From Tubiluchus corallicola (taxonomy: Eukaryota > Animalia > Priapulida): a stretch of DNA of 28,455 nt. The position numbers were made by a program, and so were the translations under genes. Below are positions 13,458 through 24,868 of the stretch, in pieces. The notes beneath the pieces are model-generated. The model worked only from the letters and a program-made list of their open reading frames with translations, was not told the DNA's origin and did not search any database. The DNA lies in assembly GCA_030141605.1 (NCBI GenBank), contig JAQGDQ010001704.1, positions 1-28,455 on the forward strand. The letters run 5' to 3'. Every line of letters starts with the position of its first letter. Position 1 is the stretch's first letter.

Positions 13458-14430
13458 AGGACAAGAAAAGGGGTGCCTGAAGCAGGATTCAGAAAAATTG
13501 CCATAAAAAATTATATTACTTTATAGCATATATGGTATTGCGTTAAAAGGAATTTTTGTTTGTCTTTATTTTAAATTTCCCACAATAGTGTTATTGACAA
13601 TACTGACAATACTCGCCATTACATGACGTCATATACGCACAACGTAAACCAGGGGAAGAAAAGGCAATGTTAAATTATGACCCAAAAAACTTTCCGTGCA
13701 AATCTGTATTACTTAACATTTCGCTTACCTGCTGGAAAGACTTATGCAACTAGAAATAATAATTTAAAATGTTTGTGCCAATTGGCAAAATGTTGCTGAC
13801 TCACCATCCAGGGTGCGCCACTCACTAAACAAAAACGTATTTTTAATCTTATTGATATGATACAGTAATTTAAAATTTTACTCAGTTAGTGACGTGTGTG
13901 CTACGAACGCTCTGATTATTTTTCAAACTTTACTCAATGTTATCTAAACTTGTTTCAAACGACGTACCATCAAAATGGCTGCGTCTAATAACGGTCATCG
14001 CGGGAGTTTAAATTTATCTTTTATACAGCGTTACTGCCGATTGAAGTCCTGCACGCAAAAAGGCAGTATGTAAGTGATATAAAATTTCAAGACGAATTTT
14101 TCAAGCTTTATGTTTATGAAGGGTTTTCTTTGTCTAAAAAAACGCTTTATTTGATGCACCATGCTGACTCATGATACAGACATACCCTGACTGACAGCCA
14201 GGTGGAGCCAGTTAGCATATGCAAAATTAAAGGAAAGAACAACTCACTGAGTATGTTGGATCTATTTTGCTTTTGTCACTTATGCTACGAATGCTCTGAT
14301 TATTTTCTCAAACTTTACGCAATGTTATCTAAATTTGTAGAGACAGAGGGAGAGAGAGGGGGGTGAGAGAGAGAGAAGGAGAAAGAGAGAGAGAAAAGGA
14401 GAAAGAGAGAGAGAAAGAGAGAAAGAGAGC

Positions 14431-14490
<60 letters not shown>

Positions 14491-14701
14491 TACAGAGAGA
14501 GAGCAAGAGAGAGAAATAGAGTGACAGAGAGAGAGAAACAGAGCGACAAACAGAGAGAAAGAGAGCGACAGAGAGAGAGAGCGAGAGAGAGAAAGAAAGC
14601 AACAGAGAGAGAGAAAGAGAAAGAGAGCGACAGAGAGAGAGAAAGAGAGCGACAGATAGAGAGAGAGAAAGAGAGAAAGAGAGTGACAGAGAGAGAGAGA
14701 G

Positions 14702-14736
<35 letters not shown>

Positions 14737-14962
14737 AAGAGATAGTATATTATTATTATTTAACATGTAAAGTAATTATTGCACCAGAAATCATATTATT
14801 GATTTACTGACAATATAAAGTAATTTAAACTTTTGCTTAGTCAGTGAAGAATATGCTACGAATGTTCTGATTATTTTCTCTGAATTTGTAGCAAATGACA
14901 TTACCGTTAAAACGTCAATACGAATTTCTAAGCTTTATGTGAGTGGAAGGTTTTCTTGTGCT
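13458..14962 (+). mobile_element. Non-autonomous TTAA-flanked DNA transposon (Kolobok/T2-like), compound copy with repeated right-hand segments and an internal (GA)n tract
   Basis: TTAA|AGGACAAGAAAA at the left and TTTTCTTGTGCT|TTAA at the right (imperfect TIR). 13458..~14135 aligns by eye in inverted orientation to 24643..25518. The segment tgctacgaa..tctgattattt recurs near 13898, 14283 and 14854. Confidence 0.7.
14339..14742. repeat. (GA)n-rich microsatellite
   Basis: Directly visible. Confidence 0.95.
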
Positions 14963-15239
14963 TTAAATTCAAGTCGAGTTTCACTATAATCTAAAGCAGA
15001 CGGTATTGTAACGATGTCTCAAATGAAAATTCTGCATCGCTTGATGATTGGCTGTGTGGAAACGTGTGAAAGGCTTCACAAACTTCCCTTTTACTTCCTT
15101 CCTAAAAAAATAAAATTGAAAGAAAAAATAAAAGAATCATAACGTACAATTAATCGCTAATATTATGCAAATTGAATGTGTTTACTTCACAGACTCAAGC
15201 TACATTTTACATTATGGCAAATTCATGCACTACAAACCG

Positions 15240-15316
15240 CTATTCCGTACTTAACACAGAGCTTAGCAATGTTATGGTTGTGGCAGACCTGGCACTTAGC
15301 TCATTGACAAGGGCAA
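15240..15316 (-). CDS. Candidate third exon of the middle Gly/Tyr-rich gene ((V)ALVNELSARSATTITLLSSVLSTE*)
   Basis: The acceptor ccacgctttcctag|TT is phase-compatible with the phase-1 donor at 15611/15610 and gives an open 25-codon tail. There is no homology support, and read-through to the stop at 15537 is an alternative. Confidence 0.3.
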
Positions 15317-15347
15317 CTAGGAAAGCGTGGCAGATGCTGCTGCGTAG

Positions 15348-15616
15348 AAGCAGTTCTGCGTTTTAGCAGTCGCCCATCCACTTACGAACCTCCCCTGATG
15401 TTGCTTAACCCTTCTAGTTAAAATTCACAGTCTCCATTTCTCTTGTTATCACGCCTACCCGGTTAGGTACTCACCATAAAAGCAGTACTGCATTTTAGCA
15501 GTCACCCATCCACTTACGAACCTACCCTGATGTTGCTTAGCCGTTATAGTTAAAATTCACAGTCTCCATTTCTCTTGTTCTCACGCCTACCCGGCTAGGT
15601 AGGTACTCACCATAAA
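15348..15616. repeat. ~135-bp tandem duplication x2 overlapping a splice donor
   Basis: aagcagt..ttttagcagtc.cccatccacttacgaacct...aggtactcaccataaa occurs twice in tandem. Confidence 0.92.
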
Positions 15617-15857
15617 TTCTGTGTCCACCATAGCCATGACCGTGACCATAACCGTAACTTGGCTGATGACCAATGTAACCGTAGCTTCCACCGTTGTGGT
15701 ACCCCAGAGCACGTAGAAGCCGTCTGGCATATTTCGATGGTGACGCCGAGGTGGTCAGGTTCTGTCCAATCAGGACGGCAAGTGGCAGGTACCTATTGTA
15801 GTTGTTGTTGCCGTAACCGCTAGCTTGATGATTGCCCCCGTACGCAGAGCAGTATGT
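15611..15857 (-). CDS. Body exon of secreted Gly/Tyr-rich protein, middle gene (TYCSAYGGNHQ...GGHRIY)
   Basis: Acceptor tttctttgtccgcag|ACA, phase 0. Core LPLAVLIGQNLTTSASPSKYARRLLRALGYHNGGSYGYIGH. Family-like composition stops exactly at the donor TATG|GTGAGT (15611/15610). Confidence 0.8.
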
Positions 15858-16083
15858 CTGCGGACAAAGAAAAACCATTCGGAATATTTTTAGAAGTGAA
15901 AAATACTTAAGTGAGAAAGGTTATCATCACAAATACATCTCAAAATTTTTATTCCTATATGTTTATGTCGTACAGTGCATGGTGACAAGTTTAACCAGGA
16001 CTTCAAGGACTTACAGTAAAGAGAATCTGTAAAATGTGATAAATGTCTGATAATTAATGGCCTGATAAGTAAAATATATTAAA

Positions 16084-16400
16084 TGTCAATGAAGAACGCC
16101 CAGGAAGCCAGACTTCCAAATAAGGAATTAAGGTGCGGTGGTCACGTGACTGCTCATCCACGTGACTTCCAAATAAGGAAGTGCAGATTCTGGACAGACT
16201 GCGCACGCAGCCTGGCACGGATGCTGAAGCCACCCGCCGCAGGACTTAGATTAGACAGGGAACTCAGAAGAGGAAGTCAAGAGATCAGGGGCTTGGCATT
16301 GCTATACCTTTCTTATATATTGTGATGTGTGTAATAAAAGTGTTATTTATTAATCCAGCTCTTATAGCTTTGTCATTACCCAAACGCCCATAAACAGCTA
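16084..16400 (+). mobile_element. Possible solo LTR or other TE fragment with CArG/E-box motifs
   Basis: GC-richer block starting TGT, followed by an AT-rich stretch with AATAAA at ~16333. No convincing TSD was found and the right end is uncertain. Confidence 0.35.
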
Positions 16401-17066
16401 CACACCTCGCTCACATACGCACTACCACTATACAAACCAAGCACAATAAATTTACTCTTACAGTAAAGCACTTCTAATGACATTTTACGCCTGAACTATA
16501 TATATGCCTTTCAGAAAATGAATTACGTCATTAGAAGTGCAATTTGTAAGCCATTTAGTACTAATTAAACCTTCCTCTGTGTATATATATCCGTTAAGAA
16601 GTAATACGATTGAGAAGGTTTGAAATGACAAGAATATTTTTATAATATTTTCATTGGTAATACCGCGCAAAGTATTCACCGTAAAAATCACATAATACCA
16701 TTACCATCATCGTCATTATCATTATCGTCAGCATTATCAGTGTCATCAGATCCGATGTCGTCGTCATCATCATCGTCACCATTATTATCATAACAGCTCA
16801 TTATTTTTCATCACTGTTTTGCCAGCCCAATCAAGCTGTGTATCGTTGGAAAAACTTTGCCAAGAATCTCAAACATTAGATCAATAAACTTTGTATTCTA
16901 TTATAGTATACAAATTTCAGTGTTCGTTTTTGCGAAAAACGTTTAGTTCCTAGGGGGTGTTTGCCTCATTGTCTTGACAAAAAACTGACTGACCAATGAC
17001 CAGTCTTTATTATGTAACTAGTTACTAGCTATTGTAAAGAAAAAAATCTTGCAATTAACTTGTCAT

Positions 17067-17451
17067 CAGGGGCGTATCATGACTTTACGACGCCCTAGGC
17101 TGGTAGTTCCGCCCGTCCATCTCTATTGTGAATTTATGTAATGAGCAGATTAAACAATTACTTGTGGTGTATTAGAAACACTATTAACCTAGTTTCTGCG
17201 TGGTCATTATTAATTACAAGTATTTGCATAGCGCATATATTCAAACAGGCTGCGCAACTGCTTATTGTGTAATACCTTGCACCTGTTCGTTATGTGGCAC
17301 TTATACAAAAGCTTCACTCAGTAACTGCCTGAGGTGTGTTATAAAATGAACCCTTTACATGAATATGAAAGTACACACGTTTTTCGAGTAGAATAAGAAT
17401 TTTGGCGCTCTAGACTATACCCTAGTTAGCCTGTCGGTTAATACGGTCCTG
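17067..17451. mobile_element. Degenerate hAT-like MITE
   Basis: CAGGGGCGTAT ... ATACGGTCCTG (9/11 inverted match) with subterminal cgccctaggc/cgctctagac motifs. No TSD seen. Confidence 0.4.
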
Positions 17452-18060
17452 TGTCCACAAGAAGCTCGTTAACTAGAACATTAACAATAGTGCATGGCAC
17501 CTTTAGACTGATCGAATTTACATGCCTTAGAGTTGTAAAAAAGTCAAAATGCCTTTTAAGTCTCTCTATTTCTTTATTTTTCCTTCAAAAGCATTTCGTC
17601 CATCACGCAATTCATAAGCTGTGCAGACAGATACAATAATAAAAATGACAGTAATTAAAAATTTAAAAAAATCTGCATTTTTATTATTTCACCTCTCTGT
17701 AGTCATCATCACCATCATCAAACGCCCGTCACGTCTATTGTAGACACTGGGCAGGCAGAATTCTAAAATCAAAGAAATCTGCCTTCAGACAGGTAAACGC
17801 AGCAGTAATCCAGCAAAAAAAACTAGACACTGCTACGCCAGTGGCTTGTCAGCACCACTTCCGTTAAAGTAGTGTAGTCTGTAGTCTGTATAGCTGATGA
17901 AGTTCGCAAGGGGCGAAATCTTCTGAAGGAAAAACAAAAATTTTTTGACACTTGACTTTTTTACGGTTACGACCACGACGAATCTAGGCAAAGCTCTCTC
18001 TCATTTTCATACTTCTATACTTCTTGTAAGTACGTTAGCATTAAATTTAGTAATACTTAC

Positions 18061-18111
18061 ATATACAAAAACAACGAACAATACGATTATTCCGACTGCA
18101 AACTGCTTCAT
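18061..18111 (-). CDS. Signal-peptide exon MKQFAVGIIVLFVVFVY
   Basis: ATG at 18111, 17 codons, phase-0 donor TAT|GTAAGT. An upstream acceptor ttttcctttcatgtag lies near 18148. Joining to 15857 gives ...VFVYTYCSA-YGG, a canonical CxA cleavage site. Confidence 0.82.
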
Positions 18112-18256
18112 GATTCTCCAATTGTCTTATGATGTGCGGTAACTGCACTACATGAAAGGAAAATCAATATCAATAGCAACAGCTAACACATTCCATTTTT
18201 CTGTCTACCACTATAACTTATATGTTTCAATAAAAATTAAACAAGGAAAATGATAT

Positions 18257-18581
18257 AATTTCGCGTTCCCGCCACTAGTTCTTCGCTGTTACATGCATTT
18301 CGCCATTCGTTATTTAGACGGGCACTAGCGCCTGCTTTTCAGCAAACGCATTGCACAAAAAACTGGTGCTGTACCTCTTAGTTCAGATCTTAAAACTTGC
18401 CTAGTTTTAATACAACACACTGACTATCTTACAGTAGCATTGTGCTTCAATTTTCGCTTTCGCAAACACGTGCAACACGCTCGAAGAATATTTTTTTCTG
18501 TTTAAAATTATGTTAGTTTGTGATATCATCAATCGTTGGGCTCGCCTGCCGTTAATTAAGCTTTTAGTCTATTATTTAATT
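18257..18581 (+). repeat. Dispersed direct repeat, copy 1 (probable TE fragment)
   Basis: Aligns with 20930..21338 (gccactagttctt..ctgttacatgcatttcgccattcgtta ... aattaagctttt..tctattatttaat) and lacks ~80 bp present in copy 2. Confidence 0.88.
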
Positions 18582-18749
18582 TCATTTTTATTTCTTTCTG
18601 TCATGCTAACACTTGCAAACATTTTACTTTTACCATTTTTCAAGTATTGACGTCTGGTCAACTGCATAGATTATTCAATTTGTAAGCATAAAGTTACTTA
18701 AAAGAGGTTCTGTCTGTTTCTATTGTAAAAATTAACTTCTCGTTTATAC

Positions 18750-19428
18750 ATGAATATGCTCACATACCTACTGAATATACGTAAATACTTTCTGAATATG
18801 CTTACATACCTACTGAATATACGTAAATACCTTCTGAATATGCATACATACTTACTGAATATACGTATATACCTTCTGAATATGCATACATACCTACTGA
18901 ATATATGTACGAACCCACTGAATATACACAGCCTACATAATTACTGAATATACGTACATAACTAGTGAATATGCGTACATAATTACTGAATATACGTACG
19001 TAACTAGTGAATAGCGTACATAATTACTGAATATACGTACATAACTAGTGAATATGGGTACATATTTACTGAATATACGTACATAACTAGTGAATATGCC
19101 TACATAGTTACTGAATATACGTACATAATTAGTGAATAGCGTACATAATTACTGAATATACGTACATGACTAGTGAATATGCGTACATATTTACTGAATA
19201 TACGTACATAACTAGTGAATATGCGTACATAATTACTGAATATACGTACATAACTAGTGAATACACGTACATAATTACTGAATATACGTACATAACTAGT
19301 GAATACACCTACATAATTACTGAATATACGTACATAACTAGTGAATATGCGTACATAATTACTGAATATGCGTACATAACTAGTGAATATGCCTACATAA
19401 TTACTGAATATACGTACATACCTACTGG
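18750..19428. repeat. Minisatellite, 21-bp subunit / 42-bp dimer
   Basis: Unit actgaatatacgtacataact-agtgaatatgcgtacataatt is repeated throughout; it explains the ORFs at 18750 and 19166. Confidence 0.96.
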
Positions 19429-19529
19429 ATATCAGACGTTCTAAAAATATCAGATTGTATCTAAAAATTTTAGTGATTTTTCAATACTCAGAATAATCTC
19501 ACGGTTTATGAAAGAATTCGATTATTCAA

Positions 19530-19899
19530 GTTACTCCACTATTATTACAAATCAATATTAGTGCCTGACATCACCCCTATATTGAATATATAAATAAAAT
19601 ATACCTTAGGTCAGCTTGCTTATACTTACAAATGACTTCAATATATTGATTTTAATAGGTTACCAACAATAAGAAAACGAAGAATATAGATGGTCTAAAG
19701 AATATCTTTTGTTTTTATTCAAAAAAATTAGGAAAAAACGTACTTCTGTGTTTTGTCAATATTATTCAATGATTTCGCATTTTAAAGATGGCTGCATATT
19801 ACTAATTTTTACGTAAGGTTAGAGCTGTTACTCCACTATTATTACAAATCAATATTAGTGTCTGGCAACACATTGAATTTATAAGTAAAATATACCTTT
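19530..19899. repeat. ~75-bp direct repeat pair (19530..19608 and 19827..19899)
   Basis: gttactccactattattacaaatcaatattagtg...attgaat.tataa.taaaatatacctt occurs twice. Confidence 0.85.
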
Positions 19900-20150
19900 A
19901 AGGCATTCAGACGAGTGTCTTGAGTATTATCAGTTCCATACAGGTTCGATCCTTCTGCACATATGAGTCTGGTTACTAATAATCGATATTAAACTGGAGA
20001 TTTCTCTATTTATATTATTCTTAATCCGAGTGTCCTACTTATTATTGAAATTTCAACATTTAATAGACGCGCTGTTTGGAATCGTGAAAGGAATAAGCTG
20101 GCGTGACTTGCCATAACGATGCTTGCTATTTAGTGATTTTCATTTCTTAA

Positions 20151-20640
20151 GGCGCATTCAGACTAGCGAGTTTTCTCACGAAGTAAACTCACCAAGTAAC
20201 TCACGAAATGTTCAAAATTTGCCGTGAGTTACTATCCGACAGTAAACCGGGAGATGACACTTTTATATTCACTGCGAGAAGTGTCGAGAGTAACTCGCCA
20301 AAGCGTTCACACTAGACAGTAACTCACAAACATGTTCAGACTAGAGAGTAAAACTTGCTGTGAGTTACTATCCGACAGTAAGCGGGAGCTCACACTTTTA
20401 TATTCACTGCGAGAAGTGTCGGGAGTAACTCACTGAAGCGTTCACACTAGACTGTAACTCACAAGTATGTTCAGACTAGAGAGTAAAACTTGCTGTGAGT
20501 TACTATCCGACAGTAAGCCGGGAGCTGACACTTTTATATTCACTGGGAGAAGTGTCGAGAGTAACTCACTGAAGCGTTCACACTCGTGAGTTTGCTGTCA
20601 CAGAGAAACTCGCGACCGAAAATTCTTTACTCTGAACGAA
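20151..20640. mobile_element. Harbinger/PIF-like non-autonomous element with an internal ~135-bp tandem array (about 2.7 units)
   Basis: Left end taa|GGCGCATTCAGACT; inverted subterminal motifs gcgagttttctc/gagaaactcgc and aaactcac/gtgagttt. Units start at 20224, 20360 and 20495. The array is certain; the superfamily call is tentative. Confidence 0.55.
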
Positions 20641-20929
20641 TCGTGTGTCTCTTTCAAACTTTATTAACGAACTTTGTCGTTTATGAAAACAGAATTGTGT
20701 ATCAGCTGTATGAAAAATTATTATTCATTTCAAAGAAAAAGGAAAATCATCTGTCAAAGCGTCATTCGTGATGCTAATTAAGGGGCGCATAATTTGTCTT
20801 TCTTCCTTAAAACAAAACCTGTCCAAATCTAAAATTGTAGGTCAAACAATTTGCTCTTTAAAAGGTTGAAGGGAAACATACTATTTTTCAAAAATGACTT
20901 ACGTGAAAGAATTATTACCACACAAACGC

Positions 20930-21338
20930 AATTTCACATTCGTGCCACTAGTTCTTTGCTGTTACATGCATTTCGCCATTCGTTACTTAGACGGACACCA
21001 GCGCCTGCATGTCAGCAAACGCATTCCACAAAAAACAGGTGCTGTACCTCTTAGTTCAGATGTGTTAGTTTGTAACGAACTGCACACGTTCGACAGCTCT
21101 TGCGTAAGCACAGCGGTAAATTTGAAATTTGAATTTTTATCTTAAAACTTGCCCAGTTTTAGTACAACACAGTAGCACTGTACAATATATTACAGTAGCA
21201 CTGTACTTCAATTTTCACTTTCGCAAACGCATGCAACACGCTCGATGAATTATTTTGCTGTTTAAAATGTTAGTTTGTGATGTCATCAATAGTTGGGCTC
21301 GCCTGCCGCTAATTAAGCTTTTGATCTATTATTTAATT
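20930..21338 (+). repeat. Dispersed direct repeat, copy 2
   Basis: See 18257..18581. Confidence 0.88.
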
Positions 21339-22277
21339 ATCGGAAACACTTTTGCAGTATTAAGATATAGTATAGTGTAAAATATGTGTAGTGTTAAAAT
21401 GTATATTTTTATCGAACTTGAAATGGGGCAGTGCACGAAAAATCATCCTGTCTTCCTTAACATTAAACGCAAATTAGTTCCCAAAATTGAGGAATCCATT
21501 TAAAGGAAAACTGGACGGTTGTTTAGACTCAATCTCATTTAAATTTACTTTCCAAAAGATACATTTTCTTGCCTATAAAAGTTAACAATTGTTTCTTATA
21601 TTTGAATAATTAGCTTAGAAAGTTAATTAATGGCAACCGAACACAGCAAATGCTTACGTCAGAAACTAACCACAGTTTGCGCAAAGGCAGGCATCTTCCC
21701 TTGCGCGTCAAGCAAGTTTGCGTGAGTGTTTAAACGTGTGATGTAACGAAAATGGGCTCTACATCATATGACGTCAGAAACTAACATTGCAGTTCACAAT
21801 CTTGGTTATCACGATACCGTATTCTATTTGTCGGGCACGCGAATGTGACAAAAAGGCACCGTTGTCAATCTTAGTAGATTCACTGAGCCGCGCGTAGCTT
21901 TGAAAGTTTAACGAAATTTGAGTATCGGAGGTAATTATTATTTAATCTAAGTTTTGATTTAAAAAAAGCTATTGTAGTTTCCAATATTTTAGAGCATTCT
22001 CTATTCTGAACTAATGTTTACACAATCGTCCGCTTTTCCTTTAACAAATTATCTTAGTAAAGGCAAACTAACTTTTTAAAAAATTATTGAACAACGAATG
22101 AAAATCAGTTAGCAGCTGGAAAGGACAGGGTTTTGTCTGTGATTATTTGACAACAGAATGCGATTCCTTCTCAGAGATGAAGAACACCTCAAAAATGTGT
22201 TTTAATACGTTGCTAGATATCTTATTATGGAAATATAAACGCAGAACCCCAAAGATTCTCTGACTTTTATAAAGTTT

Positions 22278-22688
22278 AATAATCGATTTGTTTATTTTGC
22301 GTGATTATAATAAGAGAAAACTTAATAATAAGGCAAACATGTAAACAGTAAACTTTTGCTACGTAAACAATTAAAATTCAAAACAAAAAGGCTAAAATTA
22401 ATAGCAAAAAGATTGAAAGCGTGTCCAAATTAATGCAGTTAATGTGCACATTTCTGTTAAACTCTGAAGTACAATTTTTGGGCTACAGGGCCTAGGTTTC
22501 AGAAAATCAGAAAGCAAATAATCGATTTGTTTATTTTGCGTGATTATAAAGAGAAAACTTAATAACAAATCAAAACATGTAAACAGAAAACTTTTGCTAT
22601 TGAGGCCTTACAGTGTCCAAATTAATGCACATTTTTGACGTACAATTTTTGGGCTACAGGGCCTAGGTTTCAGAAAGTCACAAAGCAA
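22278..22688. repeat. Imperfect tandem duplication downstream of the 22993 stop; each unit carries a - strand AATAAA
   Basis: aataatcgatttgtttattttgcgtgattataa...gggctacagggcctaggtttcagaaa occurs twice (22278 and 22517); TTTATT at 22291 and 22530. Confidence 0.88.
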
Positions 22689-22992
22689 TGTAATTGGTCT
22701 TTCAAATGAAGTAAAGCTATTAAACATGTCTGTTAGACATTTACTGCTATAAATACTGAAGATCTTTAGGACATGTTAGTCGTCAAATGCAACGCTTTAA
22801 TTTTGCAAAAATCAACTAAAGTCCCATTTTAAATTTTGACAACAACGAAAAACTGAGTGAAACACACAAAATAACAATCACTAAAACAGTTTTGGGATCT
22901 TTGGAAAAGCTGGAACAAAAACAAAACCGTTATGGTAACAAAAACGAGTACTTTGGTCTATTTGAACAGCAATTACAGCACGGTGCTTTAAC

Positions 22993-23439
22993 CTAATGAT
23001 AACCACCTTTTCTGTAACCACCGTAACCGTGCCCTCCGTAACCTCCATAACCATGTCCGCCATAGCCGCCATAACCATGACCACCGTAACCACGCCTACC
23101 GTAACCACCATAGCCATGCCCGCCGTAGCCACCGTAACGGCCGTAACCGCCGTAATATTTGGGATAATGGCCAATATAGTAGTAAGATCCGCCATGGTAG
23201 TAACCAAGGTAACGAAGAAGCTTTTTGGCAAACTTCGACGTGGATGTGGTAGATCCAGATTTGAGGTGCAAAAATGGGTAACCATAACGGCCAAGCGGTC
23301 CATAATTGTAGCCGTCATACAAATGATTGCCATAACCGTAACCGTGCCCACCATAACCTCCATAACCATGTCCACCGTATCCACCACTGCCACCGTAACC
23401 GTAACCACCGCCATAACCACCATATGAAGAGCTGGCAAC
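22993..23439 (-). CDS. Terminal exon of secreted Gly/Tyr-rich protein, upstream gene (VASSSYGGYGG...RKGGYH)
   Basis: Acceptor ttcttatttag|GTT, phase 0, extending the listed ORF 22993..23322 by 39 codons. Core YPFLHLKSGSTTSTSKFAKKLLRYLGYYHGGSYYYIGH; GGHGYGGY repeats; stop TAG. 164 aa with 25896..25943. Confidence 0.87.
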   Translation of the reverse strand, partial: VASSSYGGYGGGYGYGGSGGYGGHGYGGYGGHGYGYGNHLYDGYNYGPLGRYGYPFLHLKSGSTTSTSKFAKKLLRYLGYYHGGSYYYIGHYPKYYGGYGRYGGYGGHGYGGYGRRGYGGHGYGGYGGHGYGGYGGHGYGGYRKGGYH

Positions 23440-23689
23440 CTAAATAAGAATTAGAGGAGTTGTAAATGTACGCTTAATACATAATTTAAGTAATGCTAAA
23501 CCTAGTTAGTAACTGGATGGGTAGACCTTCGGAAAACTGTTTCTCGGTGGTTCATCTGCTATATCGCACCGACTATTCACATTGATGATACGGTGCTTAT
23601 TCAAAGGCTGGTAATTCGTTGTTTTATAATAAAAGATTATCCCTGATAGTAAGCTTGGGTTATACCCGCGTCAAGCATCTTATTATGTA

Positions 23690-23977
23690 GTTAAAGTCAT
23701 TGTTCCCTCGACTACTCTGTGCAGAATTCCAGGCTCTGCAAGCTCCAACTTGCTAAGTACTGGCTCACCTCACCTTACTGTACAAGGAGTGTTTAATTTA
23801 ATCAGTTGCCATGAGTCTGAGCCCTTGCTTCGGGTCCTAATTGTAGCTATTGTATAGTGGTTTAACCTTGTAAGTTATGTGTGTGTATAAGTTATTTAAT
23901 TGTTTTTTATCGTTGTTGTAATTGTGTATTTTGAATATGAAGTTTATCTTTGGAATAAACGATAAATCAATCAATCA
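23690..23977 (+). mobile_element. Degenerate 3' end of a non-LTR retrotransposon (CR1/L2-like); a related tail lies at 24341..24446
   Basis: T-rich 3' UTR ending ggAATAAAcgataa(ATCA)n; a remnant KSLFPR resembles the SFFPR motif at LINE ORF2 C-termini. The tail recurs on the far side of the (CT)n tract. Confidence 0.5.
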
Positions 23978-24034
23978 TTCTCTCTCTCTCTCCTTCTCTC
24001 ATTTTCTTCTCTCTCTCTCTCCTCTCTTCTCTCT

Positions 24035-24109
<75 letters not shown>

Positions 24110-24160
24110 TTCTCTCTCTCTCTTCTCTCTCTCTCTCTTCCCCCCTCTCTTCTCTCTCTC

Positions 24161-24217
<57 letters not shown>

Positions 24218-24219
24218 CC

Positions 24220-24260
<41 letters not shown>
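23978..24260. repeat. (CT)n microsatellite
   Basis: Directly visible. Confidence 0.95.
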
Positions 24261-24261
<1 letters not shown>

Positions 24262-24642
24262 TTCTCAGTATTTCTATATTTTAATTTTGATTTAGTCATA
24301 GTAAGGATATTCTAGCTTCTATTGTTAAGATTTTTAATGATAGTTATGTGTATTTATGTCATTTAATTGTTGTTTATTGTTGTTGTTACTGTATTTTGAA
24401 TAAGAACTTTATGTTTGGAATAAACGCTAAGTCAATCAGTCAGTCACTCGATCAAACAAAATCAAGCCTTTGCATCACAGTGCTGACATTTGCACAGTTC
24501 GCATGTTACAAATTTTGATGTAAAATCTTGAAGTCTATCAAAGTGTAAACATGGTTCGTGCAGTGTGGTATTTTGTCGTATCGTATTTTCTGAATAGCCG
24601 GACATAGAATTAGCAAGTACTTTCATCTCAATAAACTCTTAA

Positions 24643-24804
24643 AGCAAAGCACAAGAAAACCCTTCATTTACATAAGACTTAAAAAATTCGTCTTGAAATT
24701 TTATACCACTTATACTACTGAGTTTTTGCATACAGGACGAGCAAGAGAGCGGGAGAGAGAGAGAAAGAAAGAGAGAGAAGAAGAGAGAGGGAAGAAGAGG
24801 AGAG

Positions 24805-24868
<64 letters not shown>

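Noticed and set aside
18257-21338. LTR retrotransposon bounded by the direct repeats
   Set aside because: No TG...CA ends, PBS/PPT, TSD or gag/pol remnants were seen.
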